Source: Octopus vulgaris | Lineage: Eukaryota | Direction of reading: 5' to 3' | NCBI GenBank assembly: GCA_951406725.2 | Contig: CATOCA020000007.1 | Coordinates: 127,899 to 191,898 of the forward strand | Length of the DNA: 64,000 bases | Shown here: piece after piece, positions 12,864 to 27,099 of the stretch | How the letters are laid out: every line of letters begins with the position of its first letter | Position numbering within the stretch: the stretch's first letter is position 1 | The notes under the pieces: model-generated | Told to the model about the DNA's origin: nothing | Databases searched by the model: none | The model's input: the letters and a program-made list of their open reading frames with translations, nothing else | Program-made: the position numbers and the translations under genes

Positions 12864-15800
12864 TTGATTGATTGATTGATTGATTCTAGTTTCAGCTTAT
12901 GAGCTGTGGCCATGCTGGGGCACCGCCATTTGGTGTTGCTACTTGGTTTCACTTCACGAAAGCTTTCTAGCAACTGCCATTTGGTGCATGAGAGAGTTCG
13001 ATGCAGCTGCCCTCATCTGCCCCTCCTGCCGTGAAGTTGGTTCATCTGGGACACCTGACAGGAAGAGATCCAGCTTCATTTTAAAGACATCTGCATCCAC
13101 CCCATGCAGGTCTCTCAGGTTCTTCGGGAGGATATTGAAGAGCTGTGGGCCTCGGAAGCCCAGGCTATCACAGAATCTTGTCCTACATCTTGATGGCAAG
13201 TTTGGAGTTCTAGGCACCACGCAGTGGCGTCCGGTTCTGGCATTTGTGTTACTCTCGATGCCAAAGTTCAGGACACGTCCCTCCAGGATCTTCCAGATGT
13301 ATATTATGGCATACCTTTCCCGCCTACGCTCCAGGGAATATAGTTTTAATCTCTTGAGTCTTTCCCAGTAGCTTACATTCTGCATAGAGGCTATCTTCTT
13401 CGTCTAGCTACGTTGGATCGCCTCGAGCTCTGTGATCAACTTGACACTGGATGGTGACCATAACTGAGAGCAGTAGTCAAAGTGGCTTAGGACAAGTGTC
13501 CTCCAGAGGACCATCAAGGTTTCTTGTTCTCTTGTTCTAAAGGTTCTGAGGATCCATCCGGCCAGTCGTCTACATTTCATTGCCAATTTAGCAACATGTA
13601 CACGAAAGGTCGCGTCATCACTCATGTAAATACCTAGGTCACGCACTGATTGTGCCTCTGGGATTGCTATTCCTCCGGGTCCAGTGTATTCATTGGGTAT
13701 TACATTTAGTTTTGCATGCTGATAGTATAGAGCTTGAAACTTTTCAGCATCGAACTGCATGCTATTCTTTTCGGCCCACTTGTATATTTTGTCTAGCTCA
13801 CATTGCAGGTGTTTAGTGTCCTCAGGGTTCTGTATTGCCTGTGAAACTTTTGTATCATCTGCATAACTTGTGATCGTGGCTGAGGGCATGTCTGAGAGGG
13901 CCATTATGAACAGTAGTGGTCCCAGAACAGTGCCCTGCGGAACACCGCTCACTATTTGGGTGTTAATGCAAGTGGCCCCATTGGCCACTACCACCTGACT
14001 TCTATCTTTCAGAAAGTCATGAAGCCATTCTCCCAGTTTTCCAACTATGTTGAGATCGCGCAGTTTGTGACATATCATTCCATGATCGACTTTATCAAAG
14101 GCCTTTGCAAAGTCGAGATATATCACTTCCACATTTGAGTGGTTGAGCAGCCGTTTCAGCACCCAGTCATAGTGTTGTAGGAGCTGAGTTAAACAGCTTC
14201 TCCCTGGTCGGAAACCATGTTGGGTGTCGGGCAGCAAGTCATTCTCTTCAAGGAAGGTGATCAGCTTCCTTCTGACTATTCGTTCCATGACCTTGCTGAT
14301 GTGTGAGGTCAGAGAGATAGGTCTATAGTTCTTGGCTTCCGCTCTGCTACCTCCTTTATGAATGGGGCATATTTTACCTTCCTTCAGTTTTCTTGGGAGT
14401 TTGCCAGCTGCAAGGAAGCTCTGAAAGAGGAACTGCAGTGGTCTTGCCAGGACTCTCTTATATGCTTTTAGGAGGATTGCCGGGAATCCATCGGGGCCAG
14501 TAGCTGAGTCTGTTTTCATTTCATCTATAGCCTTGATTACATCGTCTTCCTTTATATCGATGTAATTTATCGTCGCCGCCTCTGATTCTATATCTGCAGT
14601 GGTAAAGAAGTCAGTTGGATTGCTGATTTGGAAATGCCCAAGGGGTGGAGTGAAAACACTCTTGAATTGCTCATTCAGTATTTCACTTACCCTCATTGGT
14701 TTTCCTGTAAGTGTGCCATCCTTTTCGAGGAGTGGCCCTATTCTACAGTGCACCGTAGCTGTTTCTTTGGCATACCTGTAGAAAGCTCTGGGGTTAGTTT
14801 TTATGTTGTCTATAGCCCAGGCTTCTTTGTCTGCTCTTTCCTTTTCATGGGAGAGTTGCAGACATTTTTCAATTTCCAACAGTTTTATTTTCAGGCGGGA
14901 CTTTTCACTGCTTTCAATTTGTTTGTTTATGCGATTTGAAATTTTTGTACGCCGTCTCATTAAAATTTTACTCTCTCTGGGGATTTTGTTCTAGTGTACA
15001 GTGGCCTTTCTCTCTGGGACACATTTGTAGCATATGGTTTGCATTACAGACATGAATTGTTGAAGTTTCATGTCGATGTCCAGCGAGGAGAGACATTCAG
15101 GCCAGTTTTGTTTGAGGATCTCTTTCTCAATTTGTTTCCAGTTTGCCTTATTGAAGTTCAAACTGGAAAGATTCTGAGGGTTTCTTGTAGGCTGCATGTC
15201 CGTGCTCTCTTTTGGCCCGTACATGGTCAGCTCTACCATGTTGTGATCCGAGAGTAGTGTCGGTGTCACTTTCACATTATGGATGAGATCCATATTATTT
15301 GTGAAGCAGAGATCCAGTGTGTTACCTGCCCTGGTTGGTTGGAGTATTACTTGCTCCATGTACAGGGTGTTGATGAGGTTCAGGAGGGACCTCGCCTGTG
15401 CTCGTTCACATCTTGTCATTCCTGGGAGAGAAAGGCCCTCAGGCCATCTGACATTGGGTAGATTGAAGTCTCCCATGAGAAGTACACTTATGTGTTGTTC
15501 TAATGTGATTAGAACTTCTTCTATTTTTATAAGGCTGTCTTTGAACTTGCCTACATGGCTTGGTGCATCTGGAGGGCGATATGTAGCACACACAACTACA
15601 TCAAGTTGCCTTATGTGTACAATTAGTGTGTCACACACCGAGTTTGAGTATGACAAAAGGACCTGGGGTGTGAGGTCCTCACGGATGTACATAGCAACTC
15701 CTCCATGACTCCTTTCTTTTCTGTCGGTCCGTAGTACAACATACTGTGGTATGTGTAATTCCGCATCTGCTATGTCCGGTTTCAGGTGCGTTTCCGTAAG

Positions 15801-16800
15801 TGCTATGCATAAGGCTTGATTGCATGCGACAAAGTCTCAGGAACGGGATTTTTGTCCTGTTACTGAGTGTTTGCAGTCCTCTGATGTTCAGTAGGAGCAT
15901 CGAGGTGAGGTGTATGTTGTTGCCGGCGGTGTCCATCTTGGGTCTGTTTGCTGTGGTGGTCTTGTATATTGTGTGTAGTCCCACCTGTGAGCTTGGGTTT
16001 GATGAAGCCAGGTCAGCTGCTGTACAATCTTTTGTGCCATGCACAAAAAAGATTCTTGCTCAGCAGCTGCCCTTTCAACAACGTCATGTTGGCGGTTTGT
16101 GGCACGCACCACATCTGCGTACCTCCGTTTTGGGGCAGGTGGTGCGTGGTCCATCCCTTTTCATTGTGTTGATGGTTTGTTTATCTGTTTTCGTTTCGTG
16201 TCTCTGCGGCAGGGTCCCCAATGTGCAAAGCGGCAGCCTGCACCTTCCTCTCCATGCCAGCAGGTACCTCTCAGGTAGAACCTACACACCCGTGTGCGCT
16301 GTTTGTTTCCATCCCTTGCGGTTCCACTTCTATTCCTGGCTGTTTCACCATTTGGTCCTGCTTGAGCTTTTCCTTTAGCTCTTTCAGTCCTTCTTTTAGT
16401 TCTTCCTCCCTCTACTTCTTCCCTGGGTTCTCCATCTCCATGGCCCTTGCTGCCGGTAGGAGCACTTGTACTTGGGTTCACTTCCCGGGCAGGTTTCTCA
16501 CTCAAAACCCCTTCCCGGGTGTCCACCAGGTGGGGGTGACTTCTTTCATCGTCTCCATCCTTGCCATCTTTGCCCTGCTCGTTCTCAAAAATGGCATCAA
16601 GTTTGCCAATGTGCGACCGTACAAGCGCAAAGGAGCGTATGAATTCCTGTTTCTTTCGCTCTATCTGAGCTACCGTCCTTTTGTAGCTGCCGCTCTTCAG
16701 CGCAGCCGTAATCACATTGTTAGGGTTTTCTCCGTCGGCGCATTTCCAGGCTCGTACGAACAACGCCAGTTCGTCAGGTCTCCAGGCTCTGGACATGTTG
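12864..16800 (-). mobile_element. Near full-length CR1/L2-group LINE (ORF1 + APE-RT ORF2) with disabling mutations
   Basis: APE motifs [33 protein letters not shown] and LSDHN; RT motifs NYRPISLTS, QHGFR, YLDFAKAFD, SGVPQGTVLGP and SYADD. Stops at 13404 and 14991, frameshift near 15835, (TGAT)n tail on the top strand at 12864-12884. Confidence 0.93.
15888..16796 (-). pseudogene. LINE ORF1 (~303 aa, one internal TGA at 16161-16163) with CCCH zinc finger
   Basis: ORFs 16161-16796 and 15888-16154 share a frame. CRFYLRGTCWHGEEGAGCRFAH is a CCCH finger. The C-terminal part is repeated in the copy at 60633-60947. Confidence 0.75.
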
Positions 16801-16903
16801 AATAATCTATCTATTTATTTATCTATCTAATTATGTTCAAAATTTAATAGTATGACAGAGGGCAGAGAAGAAGCAGAGAAAGAAAGCGACTGTGCACCTA
16901 GAG

Positions 16904-17858
16904 AGATTGAGAGCTGAGAGAAGATAAGAAGATATATATTTATGCCACTATATATTTAGAGAAATTGAGAAGGTGAGAGAGGAAAGATTGAGAGCTGAGA
17001 GAAGATAAGAAGATATATATTTATGCGACTATATATTTAGAGAGATTGAGAAGGTGAGAGAGGAAAGATTGTGACAGAGGGAAGTGGAGAAGTGAAGAGA
17101 CAAGGGAAGATTGAATGGCTGAAAGAAGAGAGATGGTGTAATAGAGAGAAGTAAAAAGACAGAGGGAGAAAGAGAGGGGGGGTTACGAAGCTGCAATAGA
17201 AATGAGGGATTAAGAAAATGAAAGATTGTTAAAGAGAGGAGAGAGAGGGGATGAGATAGGAATGAAAGATTAAGAAAAATGAGAGATTTGCACAAAAGGA
17301 GAGATTTTTAACAGGAAGGCTGAAATAGAAAGTAATTATTAAAGATTGTTGTTAGAGTTCGCGTCTATGCATATATACGTATACATATACACGTGCACAC
17401 ACACATATGCACGAACGGAGAGAAAGTGAGGAAAATATATTAAAATAAACAAATGAAGAGAAAGTGAGGAAAATATATTAAAGTGTGGAGAAGAAAGGGT
17501 TATTTAATCCTAAAGCCAATTTCAGGAGGATAAGGTATAAAAACGAGAACAGAGGTAGAAATGAAAGATTAAGCAAGAATAAGAGATTTGCACAAAAGGA
17601 GAGAGATTTTTATCAGGAAGGCTGAAGTAGGAAGTAATTATTAAAGATTGTTGTTAAAGTTCGCGTCTATGCATATATACGTATACATATACACGTGCGC
17701 ACACACACACATGCACAAACGGAGAGAAAGTGAGGAAAAATATATTAAAATAAACAAACGGAGAGAGAGTGAGGAAAATATATTAAAGTGTGGAGAAGAA
17801 AGGGTTATTTAATCCTAAAGCCAATTTCAGGAGGATAAGGTATAAGAACGAGAACAGA
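16904..17858. repeat. Purine-rich region with two tandem duplications (~82 bp x2 at 16904-17070; ~298 bp x2 at 17260-17858)
   Basis: Direct comparison of the duplicated blocks; GAGATTTGCACAAAAGGAGAGA...CGAGAACAGA occurs twice. Confidence 0.8.
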
Positions 17859-18311
17859 TATTGAGAGAATGTAAACAAAACGGCCTTCGTAACTTTTAAC
17901 GGAGATAGTTAAGGGAAATAAAATAAGATAATAAATAAAATATGAAATAGAAGATGAAAGTGATACTTATTCCAACGATGTAGTCTGGATTTTTGTGCTT
18001 TACGGAATTATTTTCCAGGAGAGATGTTTCTTTTTCCTTCTTACAGGAGATAAATTAATTCAATGCGTTTCCACCATGTGCGTTTTCAGAGAAATGAAAA
18101 TTACTGTATTTGGCTTCAGGCAAAATATATTACGTTTTTGATTAATATATTTCTAACCAATGTGTTGTAAGTGGACTTTATGATTTGAATTTTACGTTTT
18201 GTGACGTAGGTTATTTTGTGTCAGTAGGTTATTTCGCCGATTTATGCAAACTTTTCTGTTTTTTTAACAGAGCAAAGGCGAGACACGTCTTTCTCTGCTG
18301 GGAACTGGAAC

Positions 18312-18342
<31 letters not shown>

Positions 18343-18507
18343 GTATATATATGTATATGTATATATATGTATATGTATGTATATATATATATGTATATAT
18401 GTATATGTATATGTATATATGTATATGTATATATATGTATGTATATGTATATGTATATGTATATATATGTATATGTATATATATGTATATGTATATATAT
18501 GTATATG

Positions 18508-18540
<33 letters not shown>

Positions 18541-18561
18541 GTATATATATGTATGTATATG

Positions 18562-18594
<33 letters not shown>

Positions 18595-19207
18595 GTATAT
18601 ATATGTATGTATATGTATATATATGTATGTATATGTATATATATGTATATGTATATATATGTATATATATGTATGTATATGTATATGTATATATATGTAT
18701 ATATATATGTATATATGTATATGTATATATATGTATATATGTATATGTATATATATGTATATATGTATATGTATATATATGTATATATATATGTATGTAT
18801 ATGTATGTATGTATATGTATGTATGTATATGTATGTATGTATATGTATGTATGTATATGTATATGTATGTATATGTATATGTGTATATATATATGTATAT
18901 ATATGTATGTATGTACATATATGTATGTATATGTATGTACATATATGTATGTATATGTATGTATATATATGTATATATATGTGTATATATATGTATATAT
19001 ATGTGTATATATATGTATATGTATATATATGTATGTGTATGTATATGTATATATATGTATATGTATATATGTATATATATGCATATGTATATATGTATAT
19101 ATATGCATATGTATATATGTATATATATGTATGTATATGTATATATGTATGTATATGTATATATATATATATATATGTATGTATATATATGTATATATAT
19201 ATATGTA
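18312..19207. repeat. TA/TATG tract, G-polar on +
   Basis: Seen directly. Confidence 0.95.
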
Positions 19208-22175
19208 TGATTTGATTTTGATTTTTCCAGTTTCAGCTAATGAGCTGTGGCCATGCTGGGGCACCGCCATTTGGTTTGCTACACGATTTTACCTCACGGA
19301 TGCTTTTTAGCAAACGCCATCTGATGCATGAGAGAGTTCGATGCAGCTGCCCTCATCTGCACCTCCTGCCGTGAAGTTGGTTCATCCGGGACACCTGACA
19401 GGAAGAGATCCAGTCCTACTTTAAAGACATCCGCATCTACACCATGTAGGTCCCTCAGGTTCTTCGGGAGGATATTGAAGAGCCGTGGGCCTCTGAAGCC
19501 CAGGCTATCACAATATCTTGTCCTACATCTTGATGGCAAATTTGGAGTCCTTGGTACTACGCAGTGGCGTCCGGTTCTGGCATTTGTGTTACTCTCGATG
19601 CCAAAGTCTGGGACAAGACCTTCCAGGATCTTCCAGATATATATTATGGCATATCTTTCTCGCCTACGCTCCACGGAATAGAGCTTTAATCTCTTGAGTC
19701 TTTCCCAGTAGCTCATATGCTGCACAGAGGCTATCTTCTTCGTGTAGCTACGTTGGATCGCCTCAAGTTCTGTGATCAACTTGACACTGGATGGTGACCA
19801 TAGCTGAGAGCAATAGTCAAAGTGGCTTAGGACAAGTGTCTTCCAGAGGACCATCATGGTTTCTTGTTCTCTTGTTCTAAAGGTTCTAAGAATCCATCCA
19901 GCCAGCCGTCTACATTTCATTGTCAGTTTAGCAACATGTACATGAAAGGTCGCGTCATCACTCATGTGAATACCCAGGTCACGCACTGATTGTGCCTCTG
20001 GGATTGCAATCCCTCCGGGTCCAGTGTATTCATTGGGTATTGCATTCAGTTTTGCATGCTGATAGTGTAAAGCTTGAAACTTTTCAGCATTGAACTGCAT
20101 GCTATTCTTCTCAGCCCACTTGTATATTTCGTCCAGCTCACATTGCAGGTGCTTAGTGTCTTCAGGGTTCTGTATTGCCTGTGAAACTTTTGTATCATCT
20201 GCATAACTTGTGATCGTGGCTCTCTGCGTGGCTGAGGGCATGTCTGAGAGGGCCATTATGAACAGTAGTGGTCCCAAAACAGTGCCCTGTGGAACACCGC
20301 TCACTATTTGCGTGCTAATGGAAGTGGCCCCATTGGCTACTACCACCTGACTTCTATTCTTCAGAAAGTCATGAAGCCATTCTCCCAGTTTTCCAACTAT
20401 GCCAAGATCACGCAGTTTGTGACATATCATTCCATGATCGACTTTATCGAAGGCCTTTGCAAAGTCGAGATATATGACTTCCACATTTGAGTGGTTGAGC
20501 AGTTGTTTCAGCATCCAGTCATAGTGTTGTAGGAGCTGGGTTAAGCAGCTTCTTCCTGGTCGGAAACCATGTTGGGTGTCAGGCAGCAAGTCATTTTCTT
20601 CAAAGAAGGTGATTAGTTTCCTTCTGACTATTCGTTCCATGACCTTGCTGATGTGTGAGGTCAGAGAGATAGGTCTGTAGTTCTTGGCCTCCGCTCTGCT
20701 ACCTCCTTTATGAATAGGGCATATTTTACCTTCCTTCAGTTTTCTTGGAAGTTTGCCAGCTGCAAGGAAGCTCTGAAAGAGGAACTGCAGTGGTCTTGCT
20801 AGGACTCTCTTACATACTTTTAGGAGGATTGCCGGGAATCCATCGGGGCCAATAGCTGAGTCTGTTTTCATTTCATCTATGGCCTTTATTACATCATCTT
20901 CCTTTATATCGATGTAATTTATTGTCGCCGCCTCTGATTTTATATCTGCAGTGGTAAAAAAGTCAGTTGGATTGGTGATTTGGAAATGCCCAAGGGGTGG
21001 AGTGAAAACACTCTTGAATTGTTCATTCAGTATTTCACTTACCCTCATTGGTTTTCCTGTGAGTGTGCCATCCTTTTCAAGGAGTGGCCCTATCCTACAG
21101 TGCACCGTAGCTGTTTCTTTGGCATACCTGTAGAAAGCTCTGGGGTTAGTTTTTATGTTGTCTATAGCCCAGGCTTCTTTGTCTGCTCTTTCCTTTTCAT
21201 GGGAGAGTTGCAGACAATTTTCAATTTCCAACAGTTTTATTTTCAGGCGGGACTTTTCACTGCTTTCAATTTGTTTGTTTAGGCGATTTGAAAATTTTGT
21301 ACGCCGTCTCATTAAAATTTTACTCTCTCTGGGGATTTTGTTCTTGTGTACAGTGGCCTTTCTCTCTGGGACACATTTGTAGCATATGGCTTGCATTACA
21401 GACATGAATTGTTGAAGTATCATGTCGATGTCCGGCGAGGAGAGACATTCAGGCCAGTTTTGTTTGAGGATCTCTTTCTCAATTTGTTTCCAGTTTGCCT
21501 TATTGAAGTTCAAGCTGGAAAGATTCTGAGGGTTTCTTGTAGGCTGCATGTCCGTGCTCTCTTTTGGCCCGTACATGGTCAGCTCTACCATGTTGTGATC
21601 CGAGAGTAGTGTCGGTGTCACTTTCACATTATGGATGAGATCCATATTATTTGTGAAGCAGAGATCCAGTGTGTTACCTGCCCTGGTTGGTTGGAGTATT
21701 ACTTGCTCCATGTACAGGGTGTTGATGAGGTTCAGGAGGGACCTCGCCTGTCCTCGTTCACATCTTGTCATTCCTGGGAGAGAAAGGCCCTCGGGCCATC
21801 TGACATATAGGTAAATTGAAGTCTCCCATGAGAAGTACACTTATGTGTTGTTCTAATGTGATTAGAACTTCTTCTATTTTTAAAAGGCACTCCTCAAACT
21901 TGCCCATATGACTTGGAGCATCTGGAGGGCGATATGTGTACAATTAGTGTACAATTATGTGTACAATTAGTGTGTCACACACCGAGTTTGAGTATGACAA
22001 AAGGACCTGGGGTGTGAGCTCCTCACGGATGTACATAGCAACTCCTCCATGACTCCTTTCTTTTCTGTCGGTCCGTAGTACAACATACTGTGGTATGTGT
22101 AATTCCGCATCTGCTATGTCCGGCTTCAGGTGCGTTTCTGTGAGTGCTATGCATAAGGCTTGATTGCATGCGACA
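19208..22175 (-). mobile_element. CR1/L2-group LINE copy, 5'-truncated within APE, RT open (ORF 19294-21840)
   Basis: Same family as 12864-16800 with a variant 3' end (AFAKKHP*, ATCAAA-like tail). Both ends abut TA tracts; small rearrangement at 21935-21970. Confidence 0.93.
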
Positions 22176-22189
22176 TATATATATATATA

Positions 22190-22262
<73 letters not shown>

Positions 22263-22264
22263 GC

Positions 22265-22296
<32 letters not shown>

Positions 22297-22333
22297 GCAT
22301 ATATATATATATATATATATACATATGCATATA

Positions 22334-22423
<90 letters not shown>

Positions 22424-22510
22424 GCATATATATATATATATATATATACATATGCATATATATATATATATATATATACATATGCATATATATATATATA
22501 TATATATATA

Positions 22511-22597
<87 letters not shown>

Positions 22598-22879
22598 TGC
22601 ATATATATATATATATACATATGCATATATATATATATATATACATATGCATATATATATATATATATACATATGCATATATATATATATATATACATAT
22701 GCATATATATATATATATATATACATATGCATATATATATATATATATATACATATGCATATATATATATATATACACATATATACATATGCATATATAT
22801 ATATATATATACATATGCATATATATATATATATATACACATATATACATATGCATATATATATATATATATACACATA

Positions 22880-22917
<38 letters not shown>

Positions 22918-22932
22918 TATATATATATATAT
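22176..22932. repeat. (AT)n tract with recurrent ACATATGC unit
   Basis: Seen directly. Confidence 0.95.
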
Positions 22933-23347
22933 AGATAGATATAGATAGATATACATATATATATGTTTGTTTAGGCCTTATCCCATGCATTGAATAGTGA
23001 ACTTTACTCAGTCATTGTAGAAATTCGGCAAAGAAATGAATTTTCGGGATGTAGCCTGGAAGGTTTTTACGTATTAATTGTTTGGACTTTGTGAACGCAT
23101 ACCAATTGTTTTCATAACATTTTTAATGCTTTGAATTAAATGTGTCCATTTTGCGTTGAGTCTGCAGTTTGAATCACTTTAACCAAATTTTAGCAGGCTG
23201 GATTTTTGATGATCACGATACATCACCAGCGACTCCCTGAAATCCCCGTTGAGAAATCTATATATATAAAACTCATCTTGTGCGTATCTGTGTAACTTTT
23301 GGATCTACCAAGTTTCATTATTAAGGATGGAAAGTAGTGTGTAGCAA

Positions 23348-23560
23348 ATCTATATATATAAAGCTGAAGTTGTCTGTGTGTGGCAGGTTTGGTAGCCTTC
23401 AACTAACACTATCTCCTTCGAGAACCTGCAGTGCAAGCTGACCAAAATTGAGAGTATGATAGAAGAAAGCTTGCTCTTCATTCTGTAGAAGATAAAATTG
23501 AAATCGGACCATATTAACACCAAAAATTATTTACATCAAAAAGGTGCTTTTTTTCTATGA
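23348..23560 (+). mobile_element. Probable non-autonomous Helitron 5' fragment
   Basis: Starts A|TCTATATATATAAAGCTGAAGTTGTCTGTGTGT, the same 5' style as the other Helitron-like elements here; no 3' CTAG seen. Confidence 0.4.
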
Positions 23561-23766
23561 AAATGACTGAAACAAATAAAAGAATAATCAATGAGAGGCC
23601 TTGTTTTAAGTAAGGGATCAGTTTCTCCATGTACTTGGTTTACTCTTAATCTCATATACAAAACTTGTGATAATTTATGAAAAATGTCTGCTTATCATGA
23701 TGCTTGAAACATAGTGGTCTTTTATTTTATATTTCCATGTAATTTATATTATTATTTCTATATTAG

Positions 23767-23880
23767 GTTCGCGAAGATGTCCTTGGAGCTTTAAATAATA
23801 ATTTTCTTCAAACTTTGAACAATGCTTGGAATGATCATCAAACATCCATGGTAATGATTAGAGATATTCTAATGTATATG
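23767..23880 (+). CDS. CUL3: Cullin-3 coding exon (114 bp, phase 0-0)
   Basis: tattag|GTTCGC...TATATG|gtaagt. Translates [38 protein letters not shown], the conserved N-terminal CUL3 segment. Confidence 0.95.
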
Positions 23881-24333
23881 GTAAGTTTTCATTTTAATTT
23901 ATTCATAATTTAATCTTTTACTAATAGCTTGACCGATCACTTTAATAAGTAATCAAAGTGCATACACTTCATGATTATGAAAACTAAGCTATATTAGTAC
24001 AAATCTACTGGATGGTTATCGTTGAAAGGGAAATTGGGTTGATAGAAACCATTTGGAAGCTCATTCGATGGACTGTATGTAAGTAAAGAGCAAACTTTGC
24101 CATTACTAATTTTACCTGTAATTCTCAGGTAAAAATGTAATTGGCTGAGTTTTCTATAAAACTCAGCCAATTACATCTATTTACTAAGTAGGTAGTTTCA
24201 TTAAGCAACCAGAACAGTTATTGAAACGAAATCCATAATATATACCATGCAGATAGAAGAAATGTGAAAGATGAGTGAGGAAAAAATTGGTATCCTGGAA
24301 AATATATGAAAATTAGGGGTGGGGGGACTAGGT

Positions 24334-24462
24334 ACAGGCATGACCATGTGGTTCAGAAGCTTGCTTTGCAACAACATGGTTTCAGGTTCAGTACCACTAT
24401 GCAGGACTTCTAATATAGCCCTGAGCCAACCAATGCTTTGTGAGCTAATTTGGTTGACAGAA
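24334..24462 (+). mobile_element. Degenerate tRNA-derived SINE fragment
   Basis: GGCATGACCATGTGGTTCAGAAG...GGTTCAGTACC resembles degenerate A/B boxes. Confidence 0.4.
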
Positions 24463-25286
24463 GATTCTTAAGAACAATTTTATAAAGAAAGCTCTTTCTG
24501 GATTTCAGGTAGTTTCTGGTGAGCTGATACTTATTTCTCAACTTATCTAGTAATTTCTTTCTTCAAGCTTCATGGGAAATTCATTAATATTAATTTTGAA
24601 ACCTGAAATATCCAAGAATAGTGACAGTTCAGCATGCATAGATCTTTTTCTCAGGCTGTTTTAAGTATATCCAACAAAAATAAAAAGTTGGTATGTTTTA
24701 CTCCCTATTAGAAAGGTTGTGATCTTTGATTTTGTCTTTGCTTATTGAAAGTGAAGATATACTTGAGACAAACATTAAAGCATCAGGGATTTTGGTACTA
24801 TTCAACTTTATTCTAAGTCATGTGTTGTCTTTTTACTTCTGTTTGAGGTTATCAAATTACACTCTTTGATATAACTCAAGAATGTCCACTTTTTGTTCTT
24901 AGAGAAATTTATCTGGATGGCATTGTATATATGTAAGGGTGTGCACATTACAAGGTACAAGTCTTTACTCAGCAGAAGATTGTTGAATTGTCATTACATA
25001 TGATTGCCAATATTACTAAATAGGATGCTTTCAACATCAATGCTTTTGCTATGTCTAGGATTCTTTTAGAAAATAAATTAAGGCTGCAAGATTGTAAGTT
25101 ACTGTTATTAGGTCTTTTAGACTTATTCTGACTTTCATTTAACTTCATCTAGGTGAAAGGTTGCATGTCACTGATAATAAAATGTTGGTCAACATTGAAT
25201 ATGAGACTGCAAATCATGAAATTGTAGCTTGAAGTTATAACAGGTATATAACAGTAACTAAAGATAGTGAGGTTAGCTGGCCTTAA

Positions 25287-26856
25287 CCCTTTTGTTACAA
25301 TATATCTGCTGAAATTGTCTTTCTTTTTTATCTCCAATTTTTAGAATAGTGAAGAATTTAACGAGATCACTTTGTTGTTATAAATCTTGTGTTTCAAACA
25401 TAAATTGATATGAAATTTTTATGGAAAGTTTTGATTTAGATCAATGACATTTGTATCATAGAACCAGTGTCTAACCTGGCCAAAAAAGTTTTTGGTTCAT
25501 AATACCAACCCGGCCGAGAGAACCTATTGTTATTTAAATGTAAATTTGAACCCAAATCTCATTGGTACATTCGTTAAAACACGTGATTTCACTTTGTAAA
25601 TAGTTGGGTTATAGTATCCGACATTGCTTGACATGATATCTCAACTCAGTGAAATTTTGGGAGATTTTTTTTTTGGCATCGATTTTTCTTCAACTTTGAA
25701 AATGGATAGGAGTTTCATGTTATCAAGCATTGATTCCGAATTTAAAGCTTTTCCAACGGAAAATAGGGAGATATCGAGAAAAAGAATGAATGAGGTACAA
25801 AAGCACGTGGTGTACAATAATGAATAGGATATTTTTTCTTATCCGAAAATGAAAACAGTGATTCTGAAGAAACTGAAAGCGGCGACAGCAAAGACGATTT
25901 TATATCGGAATGAAGTAAAAAACTTTAAAAATGTTTTTATTAGCAATTTTTCTGAGGAGACAGTCTATCCATAGTCTTTCTTAGGAAGCGAAACCATTAA
26001 ACTTTTATTTTTTTCAGTATGCTTGTTTGAAGTGATCACTGCGGAAACAAACTGTTACGCAGAATGTAAACAAACACGAAATGGGGGATCAAAGTTTGGA
26101 AAAATTTGTGAAGCAAATGCTGGGTACTATTGTGGATTTAGTTTTTATACAGGGAAAATAATATTAGTCAACATGGCTTAGGGTACGATGTGGTCTGGAA
26201 GTTATTGTTTGAAGTGATCACTGCGAAAACAAATTTACGCAGAATGTAAACAAACACAAAATGGAGGATCAAAGTTTGGAAAATTTTTGAAGTAAATACT
26301 GGGTACTGCTGTGGATTTAGTTTTTATACAGGGAAACTAATGTTAGTCAGCATGGCCTAGGGAACGATGTGGTCTGGAATTTATCACTTCCATTCTATAA
26401 CCAGGGCCGTATATTATTTTTTGACCGATTTCTTTAGTTCAGTCAAACTTGCAGTGGATTCCAGTATTTCAGTTTATTCCACTTTTATGGTACACCTGTT
26501 GTGCATTAAATTCAACTGATGATCTAGTGATGTGCACAATACTTCTTTATCAAAATTTTGTTGCATACCCAATATTAGCTGATGATTCATTTTCTATGGT
26601 GATGTTTAAACAAAATTTTAATATTTTTAGCTTTTGCTCAATTTACCTGTAATTAAAGTCACTTTGAGACAAAAGTTATGCAACAGAATTGATTAAGAAC
26701 CTTTTCTTTAATTATGTTCCAAATATCACATTAATATGTTGATAAGTAAAAAAGTTACAGTTATTTAATGAAACAAGCCTAAATTCATGATTATTTTAGA
26801 ATTTAATTGAAACTCATGAGGGGTGTATTTTGGTCAGAAATATAGTAACGAAAGGG
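25287..26856 (+). mobile_element. Non-autonomous piggyBac derivative with transposase remnants
   Basis: TTAA|CCCTTTTGTTAC ... GTAACGAAAGGG|TTAA (TIR 11/12, TTAA TSD). Internal fragments read ETNCYA, GIKVW, GYCCGFSFYTGK, HGLG.DVVW and GRILFFDRF; ~180 bp internal duplication at 26024-26380. Confidence 0.72.
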
Positions 26857-26911
26857 TTAAATGGTTTAGTATCAAAAGGGTTGAGGAAGCAGTTTCAGAT
26901 ATCAAATATCA

Positions 26912-27099
26912 AAAGAGACCTAACTCCATAAAATGTAAATGAGAAAAGAAACAAAGGAAATCAAGAAGAAATTTAGATAGAGATAATGAAAGAGGGAAGA
27001 CAGACAAAGAGACCTAACTCCATAAAATGTAAATGAGAAAAGAAACGAAGGAAATCAAGAAGAAATTTAGATAGAGATAATGAAAGAGGGAAGACAGAC
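26912..27099. repeat. 94 bp tandem duplication
   Basis: AAAGAGACCTAACTCC...GGAAGACAGAC occurs twice with 1 mismatch. Confidence 0.9.

Noticed and set aside
16161-16163. Programmed read-through of the TGA in LINE ORF1
   Set aside because: The homologous region of the copy at 60633-60700 is open with no stop, so it is more likely a private mutation.
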